Source of the DNA: a virus | Direction: 5' to 3' (one strand) | IMG/VR virus record: IMGVR_UViG_3300046616_000242 | Location: 1-64,000 of that record | Length of the DNA stretch: 64,000 bases | Shown: piece after piece, positions 26,731 through 36,269 of the stretch | Layout of the letters: each line of letters starts with the position of its first letter | Numbering within the stretch: the first letter of the stretch is position 1 | Program-made: the position numbers and the translations under genes | Notes under the pieces: generated by a model | What the model was told of the DNA's origin: nothing | Seen by the model: only the letters and a program-made list of their open reading frames with translations | Database searches by the model: none

Positions 26731-27030
26731 TCAGTGGACCAAGATCCGCAGCAGGATCGCGCTGATTTCCCCGGCATCGGGGGTGTTCACCGTAGTGAAC
26801 CCAGGCCGAGTATCGAGAACGATTCCCCGGGGCGCGACGAAACTGTTGGCGATGGCGATTGCCTTGACGCCCTGATTTACGGCTCCGGCGCCGATGGCCC
26901 GTAGAGTGACACGCTTGCCGTCGTAGACGGCGTGCGAGATGGCGCTGGCCACACTGGCGGCGGACGACGAACTCTTGACCCGGAGGATGACCTCGTTACT
27001 GGCCTCCTCGCCGTCGTACTGAACTCCCAT
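26731..27030 (-). CDS. spoVS: SpoVS-family (Alba-like) protein
   Basis: LRVKSSSSAASVASAI...LRAIGAGAVNQGVKAIAIANSFVAPRG...PGF matches SpoVS. Confidence 0.85.
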   Translation of the reverse strand: MGVQYDGEEASNEVILRVKSSSSAASVASAISHAVYDGKRVTLRAIGAGAVNQGVKAIAIANSFVAPRGIVLDTRPGFTTVNTPDAGEISAILLRILVH

Positions 27031-27153
27031 TGGTGACTCCTATGTGTCCGATTCTCGTCACAATTCGAGAATACGGAGACGCAGGAATCTTGTGTTAATG
27101 ACAACAGGCCCAGGGGCGTCGTCCTCACCCTGGGCCTGCCGCGTGCGGAGTTG

Positions 27154-27492
27154 CTACTCTTTGGGATAGACGAGGTCAAGGAACGCGCCGACAGTCATCG
27201 TCGCGTACTGCTCTCTGGGGTCCGTAGTACCCCTCTTCTTGTGGAAGACGACTCCGTGCGGGACTCCCGCATTGGTGGCCTCGGTGGCGGCTTCCTTCAG
27301 CCAGCCGGATAGGCCCATCTCCTTGTGGTTCTTCGCCTCGATGACGAAGCGGTCCTCACCGGGGATGTAGAAGTCGCCCTTGTCCTGCTTGCCTTCCAGG
27401 GCGCGGCGCTCGGCCAGCGGCTGCTTTTCCTTGATGGCCGGGAGGACGGAGGACTCGAAACTCGTCCCCTTCTGCTTCGACCGGTTCGTCAT
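27154..27492 (-). CDS. Holliday junction resolvase-like PD-(D/E)xK nuclease
   Basis: KQKGTSFES, DKGD, VIEAKN. Confidence 0.75.
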   Translation of the reverse strand: MTNRSKQKGTSFESSVLPAIKEKQPLAERRALEGKQDKGDFYIPGEDRFVIEAKNHKEMGLSGWLKEAATEATNAGVPHGVVFHKKRGTTDPREQYATMTVGAFLDLVYPKE

Positions 27493-28091
27493 GCGAGCCT
27501 CAGGATCTCGCGGACCTTGGTATTAAGGTCCTCGATCGTGCCGTCGTTGACGATCGAGGCGTCGAACCACTGGTCCGGCAGTCCCTTGTCGCTCTTGTGG
27601 TCGTTGACGGGGCCGACGCCGGGCCGGTCTATCTTGACCAGCAGGCCGAGGCGGCTGTCGATGGCCTGGTGCTCGTTGACGAAGCGAACGTCGGTGAAGA
27701 CGTACTTCTTGTCCTCTTCGAGGGCCTTGAAGACGGAGTTGACCCACACGTTCTGGTCGATCATCTCCCGGCCGACCTCGGTGCCCAGGACCTGGAGCAG
27801 CCTGCGAACCTCGGGGGAGTTCCGCTTGACGGAGTCCCACCCGTACTTGTCCACGAGGTACTGGACGCGGTACTCGACGCCGCCGTATCCCTCCTCGACG
27901 AGGGGGTTGAGGACGTACAGGGCCTCGCGCAACTTGTCGCCGAACGCGACGCGGGTGTAGCCGTACTTCTCCAGGATCTTGGCGACGGTGTCCTTACCGG
28001 CCCCGGCGAAGCCATGGAGGCCGATGTACTGCGGGAGCCAGGATTCGACGATCTCGGTGTCGTCGTCAACGGGGGCGGTGGTGGTGTTCAC
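27489..28091 (-). CDS. Deoxynucleoside monophosphate kinase
   Basis: IGLHGFAGAGKDT, FGDKLR, RRLLQVLGTE, DVRFVNE. Confidence 0.85.
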   Translation of the reverse strand: MNTTTAPVDDDTEIVESWLPQYIGLHGFAGAGKDTVAKILEKYGYTRVAFGDKLREALYVLNPLVEEGYGGVEYRVQYLVDKYGWDSVKRNSPEVRRLLQVLGTEVGREMIDQNVWVNSVFKALEEDKKYVFTDVRFVNEHQAIDSRLGLLVKIDRPGVGPVNDHKSDKGLPDQWFDASIVNDGTIEDLNTKVREILRLA

Positions 28092-28447
28092 TTGGTATCT
28101 CCGGAGAAGTTGGTGTGGGTGGCTATGTGGTCGCGGACGAGGGGGATGTCCCACAGGGCCCGGCGGGCCTCGACGACCTTGACGTTGCGGTTGGCCTCCA
28201 GGCGCTGGAGGGTGTTGAACTGGCCATGCCAGCGGCCGGTCATCCAGTCGGTCTGCTCGATCAGCGGGGTGACCTTCTCGACGAGCGCGAGGGCCTGCTT
28301 CTCGGTCCTGCGGCGCCGCTCGCGCTCCATGGCGAGTTCGTCGATCTTGCGGTCGAGTTGGGTGCGGAGGTTGATCAGGGCCCAGGCCATGAACATCATG
28401 AGGCCGACCCAGACCACGATGATCGCGAGGACGAGGGCTGTGTTCAT
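28088..28447 (-). CDS. Membrane-anchored coiled-coil protein
   Basis: N-terminal TM then charged helix. Confidence 0.65.
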   Translation of the reverse strand: MNTALVLAIIVVWVGLMMFMAWALINLRTQLDRKIDELAMERERRRRTEKQALALVEKVTPLIEQTDWMTGRWHGQFNTLQRLEANRNVKVVEARRALWDIPLVRDHIATHTNFSGDTK

Positions 28448-28605
28448 CGGTGCATCAGGCACCGCGCGGGCGCCTCTCCGGCCGTAGCGAACTTCCAGAG
28501 GCCGCAGGGAGCGGATGTCCATGACCAGAAGGACAGGCTGATCAGCAGGGCCAGGAGGGTGAGGGCCACGATCGTCGTGGGCCGGTCATCGTTGCGTCTG
28601 GTCAC
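28444..28605 (-). CDS. Small membrane protein
   Basis: 53 aa, one TM, overlaps both neighbours. Confidence 0.5.
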   Translation of the reverse strand: MTRRNDDRPTTIVALTLLALLISLSFWSWTSAPCGLWKFATAGEAPARCLMHR

Positions 28606-29336
28606 GGGGCGACCCTTCCGTTGTCGAGGAACGCTTCCCAGGTGAGCGGAAAGTGCTCGGCGAAAGCGGCTTCCATGTACATGGCCACCCGCTCGATCTC
28701 CTCCTGGGGGAAGGAGGGGAACGTGGCGAACTCGCTCTGTGTGCGCAGGCCCAGGAAGTGCATCAGGGACCGGGGGTTGCAGGTGGCGTAGAACGAGGTG
28801 TACATGCCGACCGGAAGGACGCTGCGGGCGACCTCGCGGGCGACTCCGTCCTTCAGCATCTGCTGGTAGTGGCTGTAGGCGGCGCGGTAGATGACGCCGA
28901 AGGAGTGCTCGACGGACAGGTACTGCTCCTGGGTGCCGTGCTCGAAGCGATAACGACCCGGCTTGCCTGTCTGAGTCAGCGGGCGGTGCGCCGAAGGCAT
29001 GTAGAAGACCGGCTCCAACTCCCTGTACCTGCCACTGGTTTCGTTATAAGACCAGCCGACCCTGTGGCGCATGAACTCGCGGGCGACGAAGATCGGGGCC
29101 TCCACGAGGAAGGACAACTGCCCGTGCTCGAAGGGGCTGCCGTGGCGGTCCCGCATCAGGTAGTTGATCAGGCCCTTGGCCTCCTTGGTTTCCGCCGCAG
29201 CCGTCCCGACGGTGGAGACGCGGGCTGCCTGGCAGATCTTCGCGTCGGACCCGGCGAGGTTGTCCACGTCGAGCGTCGCGGTGATCTCGGAGCGGAGGGT
29301 GACGTCCGTGATGGTCGCCTCGGTATTAAGCGTCAT
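28602..29336 (-). CDS. thyX: Flavin-dependent thymidylate synthase
   Basis: HGSPFEH, REFMRHR...SYNETSGRY, REVARSVLP. Confidence 0.95.
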   Translation of the reverse strand: MTLNTEATITDVTLRSEITATLDVDNLAGSDAKICQAARVSTVGTAAAETKEAKGLINYLMRDRHGSPFEHGQLSFLVEAPIFVAREFMRHRVGWSYNETSGRYRELEPVFYMPSAHRPLTQTGKPGRYRFEHGTQEQYLSVEHSFGVIYRAAYSHYQQMLKDGVAREVARSVLPVGMYTSFYATCNPRSLMHFLGLRTQSEFATFPSFPQEEIERVAMYMEAAFAEHFPLTWEAFLDNGRVAP

Positions 29337-29344
29337 GGTGGTGG

Positions 29345-29770
29345 TCAGTCCCCTTCGTAGGACGAGTAAGCGCTGAGTGGGATTCCGAAGCGGGGGCCGT
29401 CGGGGGTATCAACCTCTCCTCCGGCCGCCAGCGCTTCCTTCTTGGAGATACGAAACACCATCTCTCGATGGTTGTCAACGTACTCAATCCAATCCGTTGA
29501 CAACCTGATTAGGGGTATCTCGTAATCCAGGTCATACAGGACGTAGCCATCCCACCGGACGGACTTCTCCGAGACGCCGACGTGCTGGTACAGCCTCAGC
29601 ATCCAGTCGAACTGGCCGACCTTGAAGACGTGCTCACCGCTGCGGATGTAGACCGGGTCCCGGTAGGAAGACAGGCACGTGCGGGGCGCCCCGGCCCGGA
29701 AGGAGGGTCGCCACTCCCACGGCGGCCGGGGCTGCTCCATGCGCGTCACCTTGCGGCGTACGGTCCTCAC
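29345..29770 (-). CDS. Hypothetical protein
   Basis: 141 aa ORF. Confidence 0.65.
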   Translation of the reverse strand: MRTVRRKVTRMEQPRPPWEWRPSFRAGAPRTCLSSYRDPVYIRSGEHVFKVGQFDWMLRLYQHVGVSEKSVRWDGYVLYDLDYEIPLIRLSTDWIEYVDNHREMVFRISKKEALAAGGEVDTPDGPRFGIPLSAYSSYEGD

Positions 29771-30276
29771 GCGCTCATCCGTCCGGCACGGGCCTCGCGG
29801 TCACCACGGCCGACCCGGCGGGTCAGTTCACGGCTCAGCAGGGTGTTGCGCAGTTCGGCGGAGGAGTGCAGGGCCTGGACCATCTTGCGGTAGGCGTAGG
29901 CGGCCGTCTTGGCCTCCTGGGCCTCGATGTACTCCGGGTCCTCGTACGCCTTCGCCTTTGCCTGCGTCACTGTCTTCTGGCCCGCATTGCGGACGGCGGA
30001 TAGGGCCTTATGTGCTTCGAGTGTGTCGACGCACGACTTTTCGTCCACCTCCGCCGCTGCCAGTCGGCTGCCCGTGTACTCCACCCACGCCGTTGTCCTG
30101 GCGAACAAACTCATCAGTTCGCTGTCGTCGAGTTCGGTGGGATCCGCTGGCAGTTCGGGCGCGTCGCCCTCCGGCTTCGGAGGCAGGTACAGGTCGTCCC
30201 GCTCCAGCCGTCGTACTGCCTTCTGGCTCGGGGTCTGGACTGCTTCCCAGCCCCTCCGTGCTACCGCTCTGCTCAT
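29767..30276 (-). CDS. Helical protein, possible UvsY-like recombination mediator
   Basis: Helical pattern (AKAYEDPEY...LSRELTRR); location in RecA/Cas4 module. Confidence 0.4.
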   Translation of the reverse strand: MSRAVARRGWEAVQTPSQKAVRRLERDDLYLPPKPEGDAPELPADPTELDDSELMSLFARTTAWVEYTGSRLAAAEVDEKSCVDTLEAHKALSAVRNAGQKTVTQAKAKAYEDPEYIEAQEAKTAAYAYRKMVQALHSSAELRNTLLSRELTRRVGRGDREARAGRMSA

Positions 30277-31270
30277 CGGTGGTGGTCTCCCAGCAGGTAT
30301 TGAAGAAGGGACACTCTTTACAGGTCTTCTTGTCCTGGCCGCAGAATTCCGGCCGGGGTGGTGGCTTGCCCTTCTTCAGGGCGTATTTGATGTCGAGCGC
30401 GGTCTCGAACAGCGGCTCGGCGATCTCCGGGTTGTACTTGACGACGAATTCCTTGTGGGCCTGCGTCGCCTTGTACTCGTAGAGGAAGATGACCTTGTCG
30501 AACGGCAGGCCCATCTCCTGGCAGAGCCGCAGGTATATCTGGGTCTGCCGTATGTGGCTGCCGAACGGGCGCCGGAGCCCCTTCCACAGGCCGTCCAGGT
30601 CGATGACTGTCTTGCCGTCCAGGGTCTTCACCGTGTATTCGCGCAGCAGCTCGGGCTGATCGAAACGCACGGTGCCGATGCCGATGGACTTGATCTCCAC
30701 CAGGGCGCTCAGGTCCTCGATGGCGCCGTCCTCGTGCCCGGCGATCAGGAACTCGGACTCGGCGTGCACCGGCACCTCGGCGTACTCCAGGTAGACCGGG
30801 TAGCCCGCGCTGTCGGTGCGGTTGCGGCACGACTGGCAGGTCTTGCGTCCGCCCGTGCCCATCTCCCAGTAGTCGCACACCGGGCACTTCCACTTGCCCC
30901 ACAGCCGGTCCATGTCCTGGAGCCACTTCTGCCACTTCGCGTGGATCATGTGGCCCTCGGCGAAGACGCCCTCCAGTTGGGCGGAGAACGAGCGGCCCTT
31001 CTCGGGGGAAGCCCCCGCCAGCCTGTAGTAGGTCTGACGGGGGCACCAGTCGCTCTTGGCCATCTCGCTGGGGTGGATGATGTCCTGCCGCCGGTCGGTC
31101 GGCTTGTCGTGCTGGTCGAGCAAGTGCTTGTGGATGTCGCCGAGGAGGACGGACTTACTCTTCTTCGCCTCCGCCAGCGCTGCCATCTTCCCCGTCGTCT
31201 TCGTCGTCGAGGTCTTCCGGCGCGACCCGGTCCGGCCAGACGCGGAGGAGGTCTTCGCGGGTCGGGGCAT
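30008..31270 (-). CDS. Cas4-like PD-(D/E)xK exonuclease (start may be 31186)
   Basis: HPSE...CPR, GHMIH, GHEDG, VEIKS, QTQIY, CKECPF...C. Confidence 0.8.
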   Translation of the reverse strand: MPRPAKTSSASGRTGSRRKTSTTKTTGKMAALAEAKKSKSVLLGDIHKHLLDQHDKPTDRRQDIIHPSEMAKSDWCPRQTYYRLAGASPEKGRSFSAQLEGVFAEGHMIHAKWQKWLQDMDRLWGKWKCPVCDYWEMGTGGRKTCQSCRNRTDSAGYPVYLEYAEVPVHAESEFLIAGHEDGAIEDLSALVEIKSIGIGTVRFDQPELLREYTVKTLDGKTVIDLDGLWKGLRRPFGSHIRQTQIYLRLCQEMGLPFDKVIFLYEYKATQAHKEFVVKYNPEIAEPLFETALDIKYALKKGKPPPRPEFCGQDKKTCKECPFFNTCWETTTDEQSGSTEGLGSSPDPEPEGSTTAGAGRPVPASEAGGRRARTASGSHRTRRQRTDEFVRQDNGVGGVHGQPTGSGGGGRKVVRRHTRST

Positions 31271-31574
31271 TCTCGAAACTCCAGTCTTCCTTGGGGACGA
31301 ACCTCCTGATGTAGGCCCGCTCCAGGACGGTGAGTCCGCCCCAGACGCCGTAGTGCTCGTTGTTGACCAGAGCGAATTGGAGACACTGTTCGCGCAGCGG
31401 GCACACCTGGTCGGTATAGGTGCCGTTGCATATGTGCTTCGCCTCGGACTCCTCTCCGGTACCGTCTCCGAAGAAGTCGTCATGTTCTCTGGTCGGCCGG
31501 AACTTCCGGCAGGAGGCTTCCTTGTCCGGATTCCCTCCGCCGTCCCATTCGGGGGCGTTGATCCGCAGGTGCAT
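31155..31574 (-). CDS. whiB: WhiB-family transcription factor
   Basis: C...FF...AKHIC...CPLREQCL...GVWGGLT..ER. Confidence 0.9.
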   Translation of the reverse strand: MHLRINAPEWDGGGNPDKEASCRKFRPTREHDDFFGDGTGEESEAKHICNGTYTDQVCPLREQCLQFALVNNEHYGVWGGLTVLERAYIRRFVPKEDWSFENAPTREDLLRVWPDRVAPEDLDDEDDGEDGSAGGGEEE

Positions 31575-31918
31575 TACCACGACAGCACCTCGTCGGGGTC
31601 GACCTCCGGGAACGCCTTGGTATTAAGCGTGAGGAAAGTTTCCTCGGACATCACGATCCAGGTCCTTCCGCTGTCCATCTGGATCCCGAAGAGCATTTCC
31701 CTGCCGTCGAGGAGGGCCTGTTTCTCTGCGGTCTGGAGTTCTGCGTCTTTGAGGGCGTACTGCTTCTTGCCGGTGACCTTGTATTCGACGGAGTACTCCG
31801 GGGTCCGTACGTCGTTCTTCCGGACCCAGCCGTTTCCACTACCCGCGTTCACCGTCCCGCCGAGGAGTTCCGCCCCCCGCCTCTCCTGCTTCTGGGACTT
31901 CTTCAGCATGTCCGCCAT
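31574..31918 (-). CDS. Small PD-(D/E)xK nuclease (resolvase-like)
   Basis: QERR...GSGNG..KND...VEYK. Confidence 0.65.
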   Translation of the reverse strand: MADMLKKSQKQERRGAELLGGTVNAGSGNGWVRKNDVRTPEYSVEYKVTGKKQYALKDAELQTAEKQALLDGREMLFGIQMDSGRTWIVMSEETFLTLNTKAFPEVDPDEVLSW

Positions 31919-32051
31919 AGGACTTCTCCAGGAGGTAGGTGAGGACGAGGAACTTGCGGTGGGCGCGGCCCTGGCGCCGGGAGTACCGGGCGCCGAGGAC
32001 CACGATGTAGAGGGCTGCTACAGCCAGGAGTGTCGAGAGCAGGGCCACCAT
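31839..32051 (-). CDS. Small membrane protein
   Basis: N-terminal TM; TGATG overlap with recA stop. Confidence 0.5.
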   Translation of the reverse strand: MVALLSTLLAVAALYIVVLGARYSRRQGRAHRKFLVLTYLLEKSYGGHAEEVPEAGEAGGGTPRRDGERG

Positions 32052-33253
32052 CAGGCGGCCTCGGTATTAAGCGCCTCGTCCTCGGCCTTGGGCCGTCGGC
32101 TGACCTTCTTGGTCCCGGCCGTCTCGGCGGCGTCCAGGTCCTCTTCGGAGATGGACCGCTCGTCGACCTTCTTGGAGGCGATGAGGATCTTCTCGTACAG
32201 GGACTCCTGGAGGTCCAGGTCCTGGCGGACGTGGTCGAGCATGGGGTCCTTGCCCTGCCAGCGCAGGACCGGCTTGCCCTTGTCGTCGTACTCCCCGTTG
32301 TCGATCTGGAAGTAGGCGCCCTTGCGCTGGATGACGTCGAAGAGGATCCCCATGATCATGATCTCCTTCACGGTGTCGAAGTCACCGCGAGCGAAGTTCA
32401 GGAACGGGGCGGAGCGGAAGTAGAAGTCGATGGTGGCGGTCTGCTGCGGGGCGGCCGACTTGTTCTTGATGGTCTTGACCTTGATGACCTGGCCGACGTT
32501 GACCTTGCCCTTGCCGGGCCGGGCCTCCTGGATCCACTCGTCGCGCCGGACCTCGACGCGGGTGTAGAACGCGTAGTTCTTGGCGTTGCCGCCCGGGGTC
32601 GTGGTCGGGGTGCCGTGCGGGGAGAACTTGCCGATGGCGTCGCGGTACTGGTTGATCACGATGCCGAGCAGCGGCCGGTCGTCGGTGTCCGTCATGGATC
32701 GCTTGGTGGCCGCCCCGCTCTTGCGGAAGAACTTGCCGGTGAGGCGGGCACCGAGTGCCATGACGGCCTCGTCCATGTCCTTCTCCGACTCCTCGTCGGC
32801 GATGAGCGCCGGGTAGGAGTCGAGGACGATCATGTCGACGGACCGGCTGGCGGCGAAGTCGAGCATGGTCTGGTAGGCGAACTCCATGGCCTGGGTGGGG
32901 ACGACCAGGACGCGCTCGTTGTCGACGCCGAGGGCTTCGGCCTGGTCGACGTCGTAGTGCTCTGCGGCGATCCACAGGCAGGTGAAGTTCGGGTCCTTCT
33001 TCTGGTTGGCCGAGAGGGTCTTGTAGACGATGGCGGTCTTGCCGTGGGACTCGCGGCCGATGACCTCGACCCACTGGTTGCCCGGCCAGCCGCCGCCGAG
33101 GGCGATGTCCAGGCTCAGGGAGCCGGAGGTGAACCGCTTGGGGATGCGCATCTCGGAGGCGAAACAGACTGCGCCCGGGTGTTCCTTGTTGATCTTTGCG
33201 ATGAGCGCGAGGGCTTCCTTGTCGGGGCCGCCCGCGCAGGTATTAAGTGCCAT
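32051..33253 (-). CDS. recA: RecA/UvsX-like recombinase
   Basis: SGSLSLDIALGGG, GRESHGKT, IVLDS, INQYR, TPGG. Confidence 0.92.
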   Translation of the reverse strand: MALNTCAGGPDKEALALIAKINKEHPGAVCFASEMRIPKRFTSGSLSLDIALGGGWPGNQWVEVIGRESHGKTAIVYKTLSANQKKDPNFTCLWIAAEHYDVDQAEALGVDNERVLVVPTQAMEFAYQTMLDFAASRSVDMIVLDSYPALIADEESEKDMDEAVMALGARLTGKFFRKSGAATKRSMTDTDDRPLLGIVINQYRDAIGKFSPHGTPTTTPGGNAKNYAFYTRVEVRRDEWIQEARPGKGKVNVGQVIKVKTIKNKSAAPQQTATIDFYFRSAPFLNFARGDFDTVKEIMIMGILFDVIQRKGAYFQIDNGEYDDKGKPVLRWQGKDPMLDHVRQDLDLQESLYEKILIASKKVDERSISEEDLDAAETAGTKKVSRRPKAEDEALNTEAA

Positions 33254-33270
33254 GTGTGGTGTGTCTTCCA

Positions 33271-33322
33271 ATCCCGTAATGCCGAAGCCGTAAAGCAGAA
33301 CCGGTAGTCCCAATACCGTAAT
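33271..33322. promoter_or_regulatory. Four AAGCCGTAAT-like boxes at 14-bp period upstream of recA
   Basis: ATCCCGTAAT 33271, AAGCCGTAAA 33285, AACCGGTAGT 33299, ATACCGTAAT 33313. Confidence 0.7.
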
Positions 33323-33384
33323 CGGTGAGGGACTACCGGTCCAGCTACGTATCAACTAGTCAGAGCAAGATCTTTTGATGAATT

Positions 33385-35343
33385 TCAGGTGGTCACGAGG
33401 TCGACGACCTCACACACGCCCGCGACGCAGGCCAGTTCCTGCGACCCCACGGTCTGGTCGTATGTCTCGTAGAACGCCAGGTCCGACCACTCCACGCGGT
33501 GCTCCTTGGACGCCAGAGCCTCGTACTCCTCCTGCGTGATCTCCTCGTACGGCGCCTGGACGTACGTGTGCTCGCTGAAGGGCAGGAAGGAGACACCAGA
33601 GATCTCGGCCAGGTGCTCCCACACCCACTCGCCGACCTGCTCCCACTCGTGCTCGCGGACGCTGATGGTCACCGACGGCTTGTGCTCGCACCAGTGCCTC
33701 TGGAAGGCCAACCACAATTCCAGGTGCTCGATGGCGCTCACGTCGTCACGTACCAGGGCGTCCTCGCCTGCCTTCTGCGGGAAGGTGAACACCCACGCGG
33801 CGGCGTTGTAGGAGTCCTCCTCGTACGGCAGGCCCGAGTCGATGAGCACGAACGCGATCGGGTCCTTCTTGTCCACCCGCACCCGCCGCTTGTAGAACTT
33901 CGCGTGCTTCTGGTGCAGGCCGGACTCACAGTCGACCAACTGGGAGACCGTGCCGGACGGCTTGACGCAGGTGGTCGCAGCCGACGCCTGGATGCCGATG
34001 CGTGCAGCCTCGGCCGCGTTGGCCTCCACCACACTCCCGCGCAGGTCTGCCAGCAGCACCTCGGTCGTCTTCAGGTTGACCGTGCCGTTGGTCCAGCGGT
34101 TGCCGTAGACCCCGGTGAGGGAGACACCCAGCAGGCGCTCCTCTTCCGCGTTCTTACGCCACTCCTCGCGCAGGTAGGGATAGTCGGTCAGCGTGCTCTG
34201 CCAGGTGCCCAGGACGGACGCCAGGCGCACCTTGCGGTACAAGTCCTCGGGGGTGTCCTCCGGCCGCACGACGACCTCGGAGAGATTGCAGAACGAGAAC
34301 GGCCGCAGAATGATCTCGCTACAGGGGTTGGTCCCGTAGTCGGTGTCCTCCTCCCGGCGCCCGAACTTCGCGGCCTGCCTCTGCGCCGCCCCACGGTGGA
34401 AGATGCCGCGCTCGCCCGAGCCGCTGGCTACGAGGGAGTCCCACTCGGTGTGGAAGTCCTCGTAGCGCATGCCGTCGGTGTAGACGGCCGAGTTGTTCGC
34501 CAGGGCGCGGTAGGGGTGCTCGACCCACCACTCCCCGCTCTTGGCCTCGGCCATCTCGCGGTCGTCCAGGTCGGACAGGGAGATCATCGCCGACCGGCGG
34601 ACACCACCGACGACCACTACGGACGCGATCTTGCAGGCGATGTCGTGGACCTCGATCGGCCGGAAGTTGCGACCGGCGGCCTCGTGGAACTTCTGCACGG
34701 TGAAGGTGAACAGGTCGTCCAGCGGACCCGGGCCGGAGGCTCGCCCTCCGAAGGTATTAAGACGTGCGCCCGCCGGTCGCACCTGGGACAGGTCCCAGTG
34801 ACGCACCTCGCCCTGCCACAGGCCCTCCAGCAGGGACCGGAACGCGTAACCCCAGCCCTCCTTGGAGTCCTCGACCACGATCACGTCAGCAGCCGCACGC
34901 AGGACGGCCGGAACGGCAGGCAACTGGTCGGTGTACTGCTTCTCGACCGAGTAACCCACGCCCGTGCCGTTCATGAGGACGTACAGCAGCTCGTCCAGAG
35001 CGCGGGCGTCCTTCAGCGGGAGGTACGAACAGTTGAAGCCCGCGATGTTCGAGCGGTCCAGGGCGGGCCCGGCCGTCATAACGGCGCGCATGGACGGCAT
35101 GACCTCGTGGTTGAGGATGGCCGCGTGGATCTCGTCGACCACGGCCGGGTCGGGGGTGTAGTCGTGCTTGTCCTTCAACTGGCCGAGCATGAACGTCACG
35201 TAGCGGGCGACGGTCTCGGACCAGGTCTCGCGCCGGTTGTCCTCTTCGATCCACCTGGAGTATCGCGACTTTGCGATGAAGGAGCGGTAAGGGTCGGCAA
35301 GGTCACCGGCGGGGGTGAGCAGGGAGGTCACCAGTAATTCCAT
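33385..35343 (-). CDS. nrdJ: Class II (adenosylcobalamin-dependent) ribonucleotide reductase
   Basis: FNCSY, GGVRRSA, TNPCSEI, CNLSE, VKPSGT, C-terminal CVAGVC. Confidence 0.92.
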   Translation of the reverse strand: MELLVTSLLTPAGDLADPYRSFIAKSRYSRWIEEDNRRETWSETVARYVTFMLGQLKDKHDYTPDPAVVDEIHAAILNHEVMPSMRAVMTAGPALDRSNIAGFNCSYLPLKDARALDELLYVLMNGTGVGYSVEKQYTDQLPAVPAVLRAAADVIVVEDSKEGWGYAFRSLLEGLWQGEVRHWDLSQVRPAGARLNTFGGRASGPGPLDDLFTFTVQKFHEAAGRNFRPIEVHDIACKIASVVVVGGVRRSAMISLSDLDDREMAEAKSGEWWVEHPYRALANNSAVYTDGMRYEDFHTEWDSLVASGSGERGIFHRGAAQRQAAKFGRREEDTDYGTNPCSEIILRPFSFCNLSEVVVRPEDTPEDLYRKVRLASVLGTWQSTLTDYPYLREEWRKNAEEERLLGVSLTGVYGNRWTNGTVNLKTTEVLLADLRGSVVEANAAEAARIGIQASAATTCVKPSGTVSQLVDCESGLHQKHAKFYKRRVRVDKKDPIAFVLIDSGLPYEEDSYNAAAWVFTFPQKAGEDALVRDDVSAIEHLELWLAFQRHWCEHKPSVTISVREHEWEQVGEWVWEHLAEISGVSFLPFSEHTYVQAPYEEITQEEYEALASKEHRVEWSDLAFYETYDQTVGSQELACVAGVCEVVDLVTT

Positions 35344-35374
35344 TCAGTAGTGATGCGTCAGGGAGGAGTGGGCG

Positions 35375-35821
35375 CTAGACCGAGCCGTCGGCCCTGATGA
35401 TGGCGCCCGGGTTGTAGTTGCTCCGGCCTCCCAGACCGCCGGACGCGATCTGCTTGGCTGGGGTGGCGGGACCGTCTCCTCCGCTGCCGGACGGCAGTCC
35501 GGCGGTGCTCTGCTGGAAGCGCGGGTTGTAGCCGCACTCGTAGCACTGAGCCATCGCGTTCATCATTCCCACGGGGCGGAAGTAGTTCGTGCCTTGGCAC
35601 TCCGGGCAGTGGGTGTCCTGCTTGGCCACCATCGCGCGGGCCGGAGCCTTCTGCTGTGGTTCTGGCACTGTCTGCTGGACTACCTGCTGCGGGGGGTAGG
35701 GCTGCTGTTGCGGGGTGGCCCACCACGGGCCGCCGACCTGCTGCTGCTGGACCGGCGCCGGGGCCGGGGCCGGGGCGGCCGGTCGGGCCGCCCCCAGTTT
35801 GTTAGCCCAGAAGTTGGTCAC
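35375..35821 (-). CDS. Zinc-ribbon protein with Pro/Gln-rich N-terminus
   Basis: CPECQGTNY...CYECGY. Confidence 0.7.
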   Translation of the reverse strand: MTNFWANKLGAARPAAPAPAPAPVQQQQVGGPWWATPQQQPYPPQQVVQQTVPEPQQKAPARAMVAKQDTHCPECQGTNYFRPVGMMNAMAQCYECGYNPRFQQSTAGLPSGSGGDGPATPAKQIASGGLGGRSNYNPGAIIRADGSV

Positions 35822-36269
35822 CGAACTGCACTCCATCCGCGTAACTGATGATTCCCATATCGAGGAGATTGGCGAGGACCGCCACTACTCCGGCGCGGAC
35901 GACTACGGAATGATGCCGCTGGAGAACTGCTGCGGTTTCCTCGTCCATGGAATTGCCAGAGTTAACCAGCATAGCCGAGGCAGTAATGCCAGAAACTAGC
36001 GGGATGAGCAGCGCTAGCATTTCCCTCAGCGGTGTGAGTTGGTCGATTCGGTCGTGACTGGCCTGGTGCTCCATTTCGGAGACGTCCTGGCTGTCCGGGG
36101 TGAGGTTCATGAGCGGGATCAGTGCCTCGACCTGGCTGCACGGGACGATGTCCCAGAGCAGCCGCTTGGTCAGCATTTGCGGGGTGTAGAGGTCGACCTG
36201 GAGGTCTTCCTCCTCGGTATTAAGCCCGTCGGGCACTTCGTCGTCCTTCTTCCAACTGAAGAGTCCCAT
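35802..36269 (-). CDS. Hypothetical protein
   Basis: ATG 36269 in TAATG overlap with polymerase stop. Confidence 0.7.
   Translation of the reverse strand: MGLFSWKKDDEVPDGLNTEEEDLQVDLYTPQMLTKRLLWDIVPCSQVEALIPLMNLTPDSQDVSEMEHQASHDRIDQLTPLREMLALLIPLVSGITASAMLVNSGNSMDEETAAVLQRHHSVVVRAGVVAVLANLLDMGIISYADGVQFGDQLLG

Noticed and set aside
30008-31270. Cas4-like gene as evidence for CRISPR-Cas
   Set aside because: No repeat-spacer array or other cas genes; solo Cas4-like nucleases are common in phage recombination modules
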